A DNA stretch of 64,000 bases, from IMG/VR virus record IMGVR_UViG_2926647115_000001, one strand, 5' to 3'. Every line of letters starts with the position of its first letter. The first letter of the stretch is position 1. Below, piece by piece: positions 46,217 to 54,892 of the stretch. Position numbers and translations under genes: made by a program. Under the pieces are notes generated by a model. It ran no database searches. It was not told where the DNA came from and was given only the letters and a program-made list of their open reading frames with translations. The stretch comes from a virus (lineage: Duplodnaviria > Caudoviricetes).

Positions 46217-46722
46217 TCTTCCCCCGACGCGTCGATCACCAGCGAAGGAACAGCCCACTCCGGACTGGTCACATCCGGCACGCACTCGCACCCGTCCACG
46301 CCGCACTCCAACTGGCTGTCCCGCGTCCGCACGTGCAGGATTTGCGGGTGGCGGCAGGTGCCACAGCGTGGCTTCTGGATCGCCGCCGCCTCGAACGCGG
46401 ACCGCGCCGCGAGCACCTTCTCCAAGGGGCCTTCGAGGTCGATCCGCCCGGTCGGCAGGTAGGCCGTCAGCTGGATCGTCTCTCCCTGCACCGGCTGCGC
46501 CACGCCCTCCCGCCGCCAACGGACGAGGTTCCGGCCGTACACCGCCCCGTAGACCCCCGCCGAGGCGATGAACCCCCACTGGCGGGTGGCGATCGCGTAC
46601 CCGATCCACAGCGCCTGCGCGGCGAGCCCGATCGCCCAGCCCGACGACGACTTCCGGCCGGCGAGCCACATCCCCGTGACCCCGACCGCCGTGAGAAGCC
46701 AAGACCACCACTCCGGGGCCAT
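46213..46722 (-). CDS. PnuC-like small membrane protein with C-terminal Cys/His domain
   Basis: WSWLL...G.WLAGRK...GW.IG...Q.LW..Y...T.QWGF three-TM pattern; CGTCRH...H...C....C.C tail. Confidence 0.6.
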   Translation of the reverse strand: MAPEWWSWLLTAVGVTGMWLAGRKSSSGWAIGLAAQALWIGYAIATRQWGFIASAGVYGAVYGRNLVRWRREGVAQPVQGETIQLTAYLPTGRIDLEGPLEKVLAARSAFEAAAIQKPRCGTCRHPQILHVRTRDSQLECGVDGCECVPDVTSPEWAVPSLVIDASGEE

Positions 46723-47090
46723 CAGACCGGTCCTCCCGGTTGCGCGTCGGCCAGGGGCTCCACCGGCGCGGGCAGGTGGTCGAGCTGGTGCAGCAGCCCG
46801 GACCCGCTGCACTCGCGGCAGAGCACCAGGACGCCGGGCTCGCCGCCGTCGACGACCCTGTCCCCCGCCCGCGGCGCGCGTGGGTGGGTGTTGCGCTCGA
46901 GAGTGTCGGCGGCGTCGGAGAGCAGGTACACCCACTCGGCGTCGCCCATCTCCACCGCGCGCTGCCGCAGCGCGCGCACAGCGGCGATGGCCCCGCCCCG
47001 CGCGACCGCGTTCGGCTCGGTCCCGTCAGGGAGCCGGTCTGCGGCGCGGTCGGCGGCGTGGGCGATACCGAGGGCCAGTTCCACCGTCAC
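46722..47090 (-). CDS. Hypothetical protein
   Basis: Coupled ORF with a CRECSGSG motif. Confidence 0.5.
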   Translation of the reverse strand: MTVELALGIAHAADRAADRLPDGTEPNAVARGGAIAAVRALRQRAVEMGDAEWVYLLSDAADTLERNTHPRAPRAGDRVVDGGEPGVLVLCRECSGSGLLHQLDHLPAPVEPLADAQPGGPV

Positions 47091-47491
47091 TGGGCCACCG
47101 CCTTGTCGACGGAGAAGCGCAGGGTGCGGGTCGGGTCGTCGGTCAGGGTGTAGGTCTTGCCGCCGTCGGTGCTGAACGCGGCCGGGTTGCGGCGGGACTG
47201 GTACAGGCCGGGCTGCCCGGCCACGGCCTCGTCGTGCTCGAACCACTCGGCCGGGTCGGTGGTGAGCGGCGACAGCGGCTGGAAACGCGCGAGCGTGCTG
47301 AACACCTCCACGGTGTGCTCGGCACTGAATCCGGAGTGCCCACCGCCCGCGAACACGCGGATCAGGTCGAGGAGGTGGCCGCGCATCGGGTCTTCCTCGC
47401 CGATCAGGTCCAGCTCGCGGATCGCGTGCTGCACCAACGGGGACTCCGCCGTCGTGTCCTCGGGGTGGGTGGGCTGCTGAGGGTTGGTCAC
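47087..47491 (-). CDS. Conserved phage hypothetical protein
   Basis: LV.HA.REL, F...GHSGFSA, PLSPLT.DP.EW, QS.R....FS.DGG..Y; GGGAG RBS. Confidence 0.7.
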   Translation of the reverse strand: MTNPQQPTHPEDTTAESPLVQHAIRELDLIGEEDPMRGHLLDLIRVFAGGGHSGFSAEHTVEVFSTLARFQPLSPLTTDPAEWFEHDEAVAGQPGLYQSRRNPAAFSTDGGKTYTLTDDPTRTLRFSVDKAVAQ

Positions 47492-47565
47492 TTGTTCTCC
47501 CGTCGCAGGGGTTCGGTACCAGAGAGGGCGCGGCACCGCGCGGACTGGCGGAGCTGCGCGGGTAG

Positions 47566-47901
47566 TCACAGGAATTTGGTGCCGCCGCCGGACAGGCCGG
47601 GCGCGGTCTTGGACAGCTCGGCCTGGAGCTGCTTGACGATTCCGGCCGCGGTCTCGGGATCGAGGTCCGGGGTGTTGACGATGAACACGGCGGGTCGATC
47701 GATTCGCTCAGCCACGGCGAGTTGGGCGTAGCCCTGCCCGATCCGGGCTGCGGCATCCAGCAGCGCCGGCTGGTTGCCCGTGTGGTTCGCCAGCTGGTCG
47801 TGCAGCTCCGCTGCCTTGTCGAGGTACAGGCGGGCCGCGGTCATGCTGTCCAGTGGCTCGGCGTCGCTGGTGTCGACGGCTTCGGTGTTTTCGTTCTCCA
47901 T
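47566..47901 (-). CDS. Hypothetical protein
   Basis: 111 aa with AAGGGGG RBS. Confidence 0.6.
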   Translation of the reverse strand: MENENTEAVDTSDAEPLDSMTAARLYLDKAAELHDQLANHTGNQPALLDAAARIGQGYAQLAVAERIDRPAVFIVNTPDLDPETAAGIVKQLQAELSKTAPGLSGGGTKFL

Positions 47902-47944
47902 CAGGTGTTTCCCCCTTCTCGTTGTCGCAGGTGCGCTGGGCAGC

Positions 47945-48811
47945 TCACCCAGCTGGCCGTGCCCGTTCGATGGGCACGACCTGCATCACTGGGCCGGTAC
48001 GCTCGTCCTCAGACAGCTCGAACCCCAGGCTGGTCAACGCTTCGGCGATGCGGTGCGCCGCGAACACCGACGTCGACGACCGTCCGCCGGCGCGGAGCGG
48101 CACGGGAGCGGACGCCTCCAGGCCGGGGCCAGTGACGGTGACGGTGGTGTCTTCGGTGAGCTTCCCGCCGGCCAGGCCGTGCAAGGTGGCGATGTGGCCG
48201 CGCAAGACCTCCACAGTGGCGCTGCCGACAGACACGGCGCCCCAACCGCTGTACTTGCCGTCCGGCCACACCTTGCTGTGCTCGACGCGCCCGCTCGGGT
48301 ACGTCACGCGCACCCGGTGGCCCGGCGCCGGTGCCGCCGCGGTTGCTGGGACCTCGTTGGTCTCCCAGGGCGCGCGGTAGTCCGGGTGGTACTGGCTTCC
48401 GGGCTGGCCGGGTTCGTTGCTGCCGGTGCAGTCCCGGGTGTGGGAGGTGGCGTGCGGGCAGCGTTTGTTGCCGCAGTCCGGGCACACCACCATGTGTGTC
48501 TCGAACTCACCCCAGCTCGGGGCCAGGCACTCGTAGCACTGGCCGCACCCGCGATCCGGCGCCGAGGTGGCGCGGAGGCGCTGTTCGGCTTCCATCGCCA
48601 GGGTCAGGGCGGTGTGGTCACCGGTGACCGGCTCACCCTCGCCGCCCGGGTAGTCGGGGCCGCCAACGGGGTAGCCGAGCGCTAGCCCGAGGCGGTGTTC
48701 GATCTCGGCCAGCTCGGCGAGCGCGCCGCGTAGCTTGTGCTCCAGCGACTCGCGCGGCAGCCGCGCGATCCAGTCCGGTTCGGTAGCGAGCAGCTCGTCC
48801 TGGGCGGTCAT
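47945..48811 (-). CDS. Hypothetical mosaic protein with a Cys/His cluster
   Basis: CGQCYEC...CPDCGNKRCPHA..H...C motif; ATGA overlap with the upstream gene. Confidence 0.6.
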   Translation of the reverse strand: MTAQDELLATEPDWIARLPRESLEHKLRGALAELAEIEHRLGLALGYPVGGPDYPGGEGEPVTGDHTALTLAMEAEQRLRATSAPDRGCGQCYECLAPSWGEFETHMVVCPDCGNKRCPHATSHTRDCTGSNEPGQPGSQYHPDYRAPWETNEVPATAAAPAPGHRVRVTYPSGRVEHSKVWPDGKYSGWGAVSVGSATVEVLRGHIATLHGLAGGKLTEDTTVTVTGPGLEASAPVPLRAGGRSSTSVFAAHRIAEALTSLGFELSEDERTGPVMQVVPIERARPAG

Positions 48812-49086
48812 CGCGTGCAGGTGGGGTCGTTTGGGACCACGCTGATCGACCCATACGAGGCGTCGCCGTGGTAGGCGACGGTGTAGCGGTTGCCGCGCAC
48901 GCACTTGGTGGCGAGGTTGGAGAACCCGTCGGGCATGGTGATGATGTCGGCCGGGCTGCTGTCGGTGAACTGGCTGCGCGGCGCGTCGTTGAACGGCTCG
49001 GTGATCTTGTCGGTGAAGTCGCACGCGGTGGTGGTGGCCACGACCGCGGCGAGCGCGGCGGCCAGCGCGAGGGTGCGTTTCTTCAA
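48808..49086 (-). CDS. Lipoprotein
   Basis: KKR + hydrophobic signal + TTAC lipobox-like site; MPDGFSN.ATKC. Confidence 0.7.
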   Translation of the reverse strand: MKKRTLALAAALAAVVATTTACDFTDKITEPFNDAPRSQFTDSSPADIITMPDGFSNLATKCVRGNRYTVAYHGDASYGSISVVPNDPTCTR

Positions 49087-49101
49087 GGGTGTCTCCTGTG
49101 G

Positions 49102-49389
49102 TCAGTGTTGGCGTTTCTTGAGCTTGCGGCGTTCGCGTTCGGACAGGCCGCCCCAGATGCCGAACCGCTCGTCGTTGTCGAGCGCGTATTGCAGGCATTC
49201 GCCCCTGACTTCGCAGCTGTGGCAGATGCGTTTGGCCTCCCGGGTGGAGCCACCCTTGTCCGGGAAGAACGCCTCGGGGTCGGTCTCCTTGCAGAGGGCG
49301 CGGTCCTGCCATGCGGGCTGTTCGTCTGCGTCGAAGGGTGCGACGAGATCGGCCAGGGTCAGGTTCTCGCTGGCGGTTGTGCGGGTCAC
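49102..49389 (-). CDS. whiB: WhiB-family regulator (WhiB2-like)
   Basis: WQDRALC.ETDPEAFFP.KGGSTREAKRIC..C.VR..CL.YAL..DERFGIWGGLSERERR. Confidence 0.95.
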   Translation of the reverse strand: MTRTTASENLTLADLVAPFDADEQPAWQDRALCKETDPEAFFPDKGGSTREAKRICHSCEVRGECLQYALDNDERFGIWGGLSERERRKLKKRQH

Positions 49390-49467
49390 GGTGGTGGCCT
49401 CCTCCCCGGTGTCGTGGTCCGGAAATGGGTCCGCCGCGCCGGTATCGGGAACCGGCGCGGCGGGTGG

Positions 49468-49725
49468 CTACACGGGTGTGAGGTTGCGGCTCGCGGCCTG
49501 GCGGCGGGCGCTCCGGCGCTCGGCCGGGGTGGTGCCGCCGTAGATGCCGTTGTCGTCGCTCATGCCGTAGGCCAGGCACTCGGCCTGGACGGGGCAGTGG
49601 TGGCACACGGCCTTGGCGCGGGCGGCCTGCCGGTCGTAGCCGGGGGTGCCGGGCTCGCCGACCGGGAAGAACGTCTCGGGGTCCTCGGCCCGGCAGACGG
49701 CTCGGGTCTTCCAGTCGGCGGACAT
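49468..49725 (-). CDS. whiB: WhiB-family regulator (WhiB1-like)
   Basis: DW..RAVCR.EDPE.FFPVG...AKAVC..CPV...CL...GIYGG; GAAAGGAGG RBS. Confidence 0.92.
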   Translation of the reverse strand: MSADWKTRAVCRAEDPETFFPVGEPGTPGYDRQAARAKAVCHHCPVQAECLAYGMSDDNGIYGGTTPAERRSARRQAASRNLTPV

Positions 49726-49936
49726 GGTGGGGTCCCTCCTTTCGAGGCGGTTGCGGTGTGTTTGTGACTATACCCCGCAGTGTTGCGGTGACGCCACCCT
49801 AAATCAGACCCGGAAAGCACAAGGCCCCCGTGCCAGTGACCTGCTCGATCTCCAGGTCCCAGACGCGGGGGCCACCCCCAGTTCCCGGCCACCCTAACCG
49901 CAACACCCCGCCACCGGAGCGCAACACGCGTACACG

Positions 49937-49978
49937 AAAAAGGGCGGGGGCCGTCCCGTCGCGGGACGGCCCCCGCCC
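49937..49978 (-). terminator. Intrinsic terminator after traB
   Basis: 17-bp perfect stem GGGCGGGGGCCGTCCCG/CGGGACGGCCCCCGCCC followed by a U-tract on the - strand. Confidence 0.85.
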
Positions 49979-49997
49979 AGGGGCTCCAGCAGTGGGG

Positions 49998-52565
49998 CTA
50001 CACGGTCACCCCTGCCGCACGGCGCAGCGCGCCGACGTTCACCGCGTTCCCGCTCGCCGTGCGCTTGAACGCGGTGTCCGGCAGGTTCCACGGCGCCTGC
50101 CGCAGCGACGTGCCGAACCGGCCCGCCTCCAACCGGGCCTGGGCCGCGTCCTCCGCAGTCACCGCCCCGGCCTCCCGGCCCAGCTCCCCGACCAGCTTCC
50201 ACTCGTCGTCGCCCAGCTCGTCGATCGCGGCGATCACCGGCGCCATCACCGCGATGTCGGCGCGGTCCGTCTCACGCGGAGCCGGGACACTGTCGCCGGC
50301 CTCCTCCCGCATGACCTGCCGGATGCGGGACTCAAGCACGTCACGCTGCCAACCCAGCTCGTCGCCGCGCCGCTCCGGCACCAGCTCGTACGGCTCGGCG
50401 GTGAAGTACGCGACCAGCTCGTCCCCGGCGGCGTCGATGTCGGCCCGCGGCGCGTCCCGGGCCACCAGGTGCGCGGCCAGGGCGAGCTTCCAGGCAGCGC
50501 AGAACGCGGGCGCGTTGCTGGCCTTGATCGCGCTGATCACCCCGGAGCGGATCGCCGACCGGCGCTTCCGCTCGGCCGCCATCCGCTCCAGGGCAGCCTC
50601 CATCGCGGCCGCCTCGCTGTTGAAGTCCAGGCTCCTGGTCATCGTCTCCTCCTGGGGTGTGTCCATGCCGTTGTTGGGCGTGGCCCATACCCCCTCGGGG
50701 TCTAGTGTCCCGTGATCAGGGGAAACAATCAACTCGCTTGGCGTTTCCGCTGGTCGCGGGTTGAGGTGTACCGCGCCCGTCACCTCGGGGGAAATCCGCG
50801 GGTACGGCAGGCCCTGGCTTTCCAGGAAGTCGGCCAAGTCCTTCTGCCGCTCCGGGTTCCACCGCTCGGTGTAGGACTCGCCCATCTCCCCCACCAGCCA
50901 CGCAGGCAGGGTCGGCCGGTGCGGCGTGTAGGCCACGGCCATCGCGCTGATCGCTCCCAGGTCCAGTTCCCCGTCGCGCACCAGCGAGTACGCCTTGGAC
51001 GGGATGACGCGCGCCTGCTCCCGGTTGGGCTGGACCATGAAGGTGTTGTTCCGCAGCTTGGTGGTGTCCACCGACTTGATGCCGTTCAGCGTCGCGGAAC
51101 CGTCGTGGTAGCTGTTGGTGCGGCCGGCGATGCGCACGTTGATGTTGCGCAGAGTGTTGGTGCCGTGGGGACCGAGGGCGTCGACCAATCCGAACTGGGT
51201 CAGGAAGAACACGCCGTAGCCCGCGGAGCGGGCCATGGAGCAGATCTCGTCGAGTAGTGCGGACGCGGTCCACACCCGGCCGTCGAACGTCTCGATCTTC
51301 GGTTCGGTGATCTTCGCCAGGGAGGTGGCCTCGTCGATGATCAGCACGAGGGCTGGGTCTTCGGGGGTGGGTTTGCGCTTGTCGACGAACCCGAGCCGCT
51401 TGTTCTGCAGGCTCGCGGCCATGTAGAAGTCCGCGAGCATCAGAAGGACTTCGTCGATGTTTTCGCCACCGATGCGCTGGATCACCGGACGGTCGGTGAG
51501 CCCGGTAAGCCACGGGTGCAGCCACGGCCCGACCAGCGGCATCATCTTCTTCACGCCGCAGCACCACAGCTCGAGGTCGTGGCGGCGCACGAACTCGGCG
51601 ATGAAGTTGTGCGCCAGGATCGACTTGCCCGACCCGGTACCGCCGACCACGACGGTGTGCTCACCGAGCATCGAGATCTCAATGGGCTCGCCGTCCTCAT
51701 AGATGCCGGGGTTGACCGGCTCCTTGATCGTGGTGACCGGCCGGATTCCGGGGTGGGGCACATCCTTCTTGAGCGGCTGCTTCGTGGAGACGTGCAGCAG
51801 CCACACGTGAGCCATGCTGGTTTCCTCGGCGCGGATGTCGTTGACGCCCAGCTCGATGCCTTGCTTGGCGTAGTGCTTCGAGGCGAGCACCGCCAGCGTG
51901 GGGATCGCATCGGTCAGGGCGGTGAACGTGGCCACCTGCCCGTCGGTGGGGTCGTCCGCGAGGGTGAGGGTGTACCCGGCTTTGGTGTCGGTGAAGTCGT
52001 CGACCACGACGCCGCCGAGCCTTTCGCACTTGGCCAGCCACGGTCCCCAGAGCTGCTGATAGGTGGAGGCGCGGAGGTGGCGTTCGTGCTCGGCGCGGCG
52101 TTCGGCGATCTCTTCCTTCTGCTCGGCGCGCTCGGCTTGGCGCTGGGGTTCCTTGGAGCGCCAGAGGGCGTAGGCGATACCGAAGGTGACGGTCCACAGC
52201 ACGAGCAGCCCGAGGGCGGTGGGGTTGGTGGGGTCACCGTCGGCGAACACCAGCCACCCGGTGGCCGCGAGGCCGGCGGCGATGGTGAGGCGTTTCGCGT
52301 GGGTCTCGTGCTTGGCGCCGAAGGTGTCCTCGTCCACCCACACGCGGGCGGTGATGACCGCGGCCGCGGTGAACGCGAGCCCGGTGGGGGCCATGACCCA
52401 GCCGGGGAGGTGCATCCAGTGGGGCAGGAACGCGAGCGCGTAGAGGGCGAGCGCGGCGAGCAACGGGTGGAACCACCGCTTGTCGGGGTCCCAGTCAGTT
52501 GGGATGGGGTCGAGGGTCGCGTCGACCACGGGGGGCGTGGTCTCCGCCTTCTCGGTCGTGGTCAC
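49998..52565 (-). CDS. traB: TraB-like FtsK/SpoIIIE DNA translocase
   Basis: N-terminal TM helices, Walker A GGTGSGKS, Walker B LIIDE, ARSAG...TQ arginine-finger region, C-terminal helical repeats. Confidence 0.8.
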   Translation of the reverse strand: MTTTEKAETTPPVVDATLDPIPTDWDPDKRWFHPLLAALALYALAFLPHWMHLPGWVMAPTGLAFTAAAVITARVWVDEDTFGAKHETHAKRLTIAAGLAATGWLVFADGDPTNPTALGLLVLWTVTFGIAYALWRSKEPQRQAERAEQKEEIAERRAEHERHLRASTYQQLWGPWLAKCERLGGVVVDDFTDTKAGYTLTLADDPTDGQVATFTALTDAIPTLAVLASKHYAKQGIELGVNDIRAEETSMAHVWLLHVSTKQPLKKDVPHPGIRPVTTIKEPVNPGIYEDGEPIEISMLGEHTVVVGGTGSGKSILAHNFIAEFVRRHDLELWCCGVKKMMPLVGPWLHPWLTGLTDRPVIQRIGGENIDEVLLMLADFYMAASLQNKRLGFVDKRKPTPEDPALVLIIDEATSLAKITEPKIETFDGRVWTASALLDEICSMARSAGYGVFFLTQFGLVDALGPHGTNTLRNINVRIAGRTNSYHDGSATLNGIKSVDTTKLRNNTFMVQPNREQARVIPSKAYSLVRDGELDLGAISAMAVAYTPHRPTLPAWLVGEMGESYTERWNPERQKDLADFLESQGLPYPRISPEVTGAVHLNPRPAETPSELIVSPDHGTLDPEGVWATPNNGMDTPQEETMTRSLDFNSEAAAMEAALERMAAERKRRSAIRSGVISAIKASNAPAFCAAWKLALAAHLVARDAPRADIDAAGDELVAYFTAEPYELVPERRGDELGWQRDVLESRIRQVMREEAGDSVPAPRETDRADIAVMAPVIAAIDELGDDEWKLVGELGREAGAVTAEDAAQARLEAGRFGTSLRQAPWNLPDTAFKRTASGNAVNVGALRRAAGVTV

Positions 52566-52831
52566 GGGTCCTCCGGGGGAATGCCGAGTCGGTGGGCTTG
52601 GTCGCGGGTGAGGATCACGTACCCGGCGTTGCGCAACAGCGCGACGAGGGCGTGGGGGTCGAGGTGGTCCAGCGGGTCAGGCTCGGCGACGTCGACGACG
52701 ATCGACCCGGATGGCAGCCGCCGGGCGTGGACGCCTTCGGGCAGCTTGTCCTGCTGGAACCAGCGGTAGGCCGTGGTCGGCGCAATGCCGTGCTGTCGGG
52801 CCCACTGTTTGAGGTAGATCGTCGTCGGCAT
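52562..52831 (-). CDS. Small MerR/Xis-like HTH protein
   Basis: LKQWARQHGI...TAYRWF....LP....R.PSG.I.V; GTGA overlap with traB. Confidence 0.75.
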   Translation of the reverse strand: MPTTIYLKQWARQHGIAPTTAYRWFQQDKLPEGVHARRLPSGSIVVDVAEPDPLDHLDPHALVALLRNAGYVILTRDQAHRLGIPPEDP

Positions 52832-52921
52832 GGCGCTGATAGTGCCAGGTGTACCGCTGTGGCCGGTCTAGCTGCGGGTTTCGTGGCGGGTGGTCGGGTT
52901 GTCGCTCATCGCGGTCCTCCT

Positions 52922-52984
52922 GTTGCGAACGGTTGCGGTACCGATAGTCCCAACAGTACCGCAACCGCTAGACTGTTGTGCAAC
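52922..52984. promoter_or_regulatory. Operator cluster in the divergent traB / spd promoter region
   Basis: CGGTTGCGGTAC-N14-GTACCGCAACCG perfect 12-bp inverted repeat plus GTTGTGCAAC. Confidence 0.65.
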
Positions 52985-53018
52985 ACACCACCGGCCACAC
53001 CGCCCCCGAGGGAACACC

Positions 53019-54359
53019 GTGAACGACATCCCGCCCGCCACGTACAGCTGGTGGCACCGCTGGCGCCTCGGCTCGATCGAGGTCACCCGCGCCAAGCACG
53101 CCGCCGACGCCGAACGCAAGGCCGCCCAGGAACGCGACCGCAAGACCAAGCAGCGCGACACCGCCGCCGAGCGGCGAGCCCGCCGCATCCGCCGCCGCGA
53201 CTGGCTCGTCGAGCACCGCGCCCTGATCGCCACGGTCTCCGCCGTCACCGTCTCGGTCGCCGTCGCGATCCCCGCCCAGGCGCTCTGGTTCGTCCACGTC
53301 CTCGCCAGCGGCCAGCTCGGGCTCAACCCCGAAAGCCTCATCGCGCTCGCCTCCCCCGTGCTCATCGAGGGGCTGTGCTGGCTCGGCGCGTTCCTCTACG
53401 CCGACAGCCTCGGCCGCGACACGCCCGTGCGTGCCTACCGGCTCACCACGTTCCTGTTCGCCGGCATCGCCGCAGCGATCAACTTCGCCCACGGCTGCGG
53501 CATCAACCCGATCGTCGGCGTTGTGTTCGCGATCGCGTCCCTGATGGGCGTCGCGTCGTGGGAGCTCTACATGCACCGCACGCGGCACATCGCCACCGGG
53601 ATGACCGCGGACGAGATCCGGCTGTGGTTCAAGCGGCGTGTGTTCGACCGCAAGGTCTACCGGGAGATGCAGCGTCTCCGGCGCACGTTCGGGGCGCAGG
53701 TGCCGCTGGAGTCCGCGTGGCGCATGGGGTACCTCCGGGTGCACGGGGCGCCCACGGTTCCGGTTCCGGTTCCGCGGGACCTGCTGGACTGGTTCCGCAA
53801 GGACGGTTCCGCACGTGGTTCCGCGGACGGTTCCGACGGTTCCGGCACCGGTTCCACGCCCAGTTCCGAGGGCGGTTCCGGCTCGGGTTCCGTCGCGGTG
53901 CTCGACCGGTCCAAGGACGGTTCCACGGTGGAGGTCCCGGTGAACTGGGACCAGTTCCGCGACGTCGACTCCATCATCGCGGCGCACTGGCCGGAGCTGG
54001 ACCCCGCGAACCACCCGGACCCGTCACTGCACCAGGACGACGCCAAGCGCCGGCATCCCGCGTCCGGCCTGCACGTCGAGGAACCTGCCCCGGCGTCCAC
54101 CAGCGGCCCCGCCACCAGCGCGGCCCCGGAACAGGAACCCGAGCCGCGACCGCTGCCGGGACTCAACCGGGAGGAGCGGAACCTCGGCGTGACCGGCGGC
54201 GCCACCGCGGCGCTGCACCGGTACTTCGACCGGATCGCGTCCGAGGGGCACGACCCGGACGACGTGAACCGGCAGGAACTCGCCCGGGAGCTCGGGTGCT
54301 CGGCGCGGAACGTCGGCAAGGCGCTGGCGAAGTGGGCGAAGAACCGGAACCACGCGTGA
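53019..54359 (+). CDS. DUF2637/SpdB-like multi-TM protein with C-terminal HTH
   Basis: Coiled coil, four TM helices (P.LIEG, AAAINF.H), low-complexity linker, RQELARELGCS..NV HTH. Confidence 0.75.
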   Translation: MNDIPPATYSWWHRWRLGSIEVTRAKHAADAERKAAQERDRKTKQRDTAAERRARRIRRRDWLVEHRALIATVSAVTVSVAVAIPAQALWFVHVLASGQLGLNPESLIALASPVLIEGLCWLGAFLYADSLGRDTPVRAYRLTTFLFAGIAAAINFAHGCGINPIVGVVFAIASLMGVASWELYMHRTRHIATGMTADEIRLWFKRRVFDRKVYREMQRLRRTFGAQVPLESAWRMGYLRVHGAPTVPVPVPRDLLDWFRKDGSARGSADGSDGSGTGSTPSSEGGSGSGSVAVLDRSKDGSTVEVPVNWDQFRDVDSIIAAHWPELDPANHPDPSLHQDDAKRRHPASGLHVEEPAPASTSGPATSAAPEQEPEPRPLPGLNREERNLGVTGGATAALHRYFDRIASEGHDPDDVNRQELARELGCSARNVGKALAKWAKNRNHA

Positions 54360-54456
54360 CCTGGGGCGGGAACCACCGGAACCGGTCGGGAACCGCCGAG
54401 GAACCGGGGACGAACCGCCCCCGGTCCGCCACGGAACCGGCCACGGAACTGGTTCC
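53756..54456. repeat. Polar hexamer array: GGTTCC x12 followed by GGAACC x9
   Basis: 12 GGTTCC counted in 53756-53924 and 9 GGAACC in 54080-54438, plus variants. Confidence 0.85.
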
Positions 54457-54480
54457 GGACCACCACCGAAGGAGAACCGC

Positions 54481-54822
54481 TTGGCCCCAACCCGCACCTC
54501 CGCCGCGCCCGTGCCGGCGACCGACGAGGACCGATCCCCCCGACCTGGCGACCGCGTCCTCGTCGCGATGCGGAACCAGGGCATCGTCGCGTCAGGCGGC
54601 GGCGTGTTCCACGTCGACGAGAACGGCGACTTCCCGAACAAGGACCTCGTCGCACGCGGCGAGGCCACCGTGCACGTGCTGCCGCCCGAGGTCCGCACGC
54701 TTCCGGTAACCCGGGAGGCGCTGGCCGAGTTCTTCGGCCCGATCCGGCTGCCCAACGGCGCGAACGTCACCGGCCACTTCGTGCAGCTCGCCCTGGCCCT
54801 GCACCGCGAAGCGCAGCGGTAG
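54481..54822 (+). CDS. Hypothetical protein
   Basis: TTG start with GAAGGAG RBS; followed by a hairpin. Confidence 0.65.
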   Translation: MAPTRTSAAPVPATDEDRSPRPGDRVLVAMRNQGIVASGGGVFHVDENGDFPNKDLVARGEATVHVLPPEVRTLPVTREALAEFFGPIRLPNGANVTGHFVQLALALHREAQR

Positions 54823-54848
54823 CGGCGTCGCGGACTGCCGGTTGCAGC

Positions 54849-54885
54849 AAGGGCCCGTCATCGACGAGATCGGTGACGGGCCCTT
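54849..54885 (+). terminator. Terminator hairpin
   Basis: AAGGGCCCGTCA...TGACGGGCCCTT. Confidence 0.75.
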
Positions 54886-54892
54886 CGTCGTC

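Noticed and set aside
52562-52831. IS607 transposase
   Set aside because: Only the HTH resembles IS607 TnpA; no serine recombinase domain or tnpB
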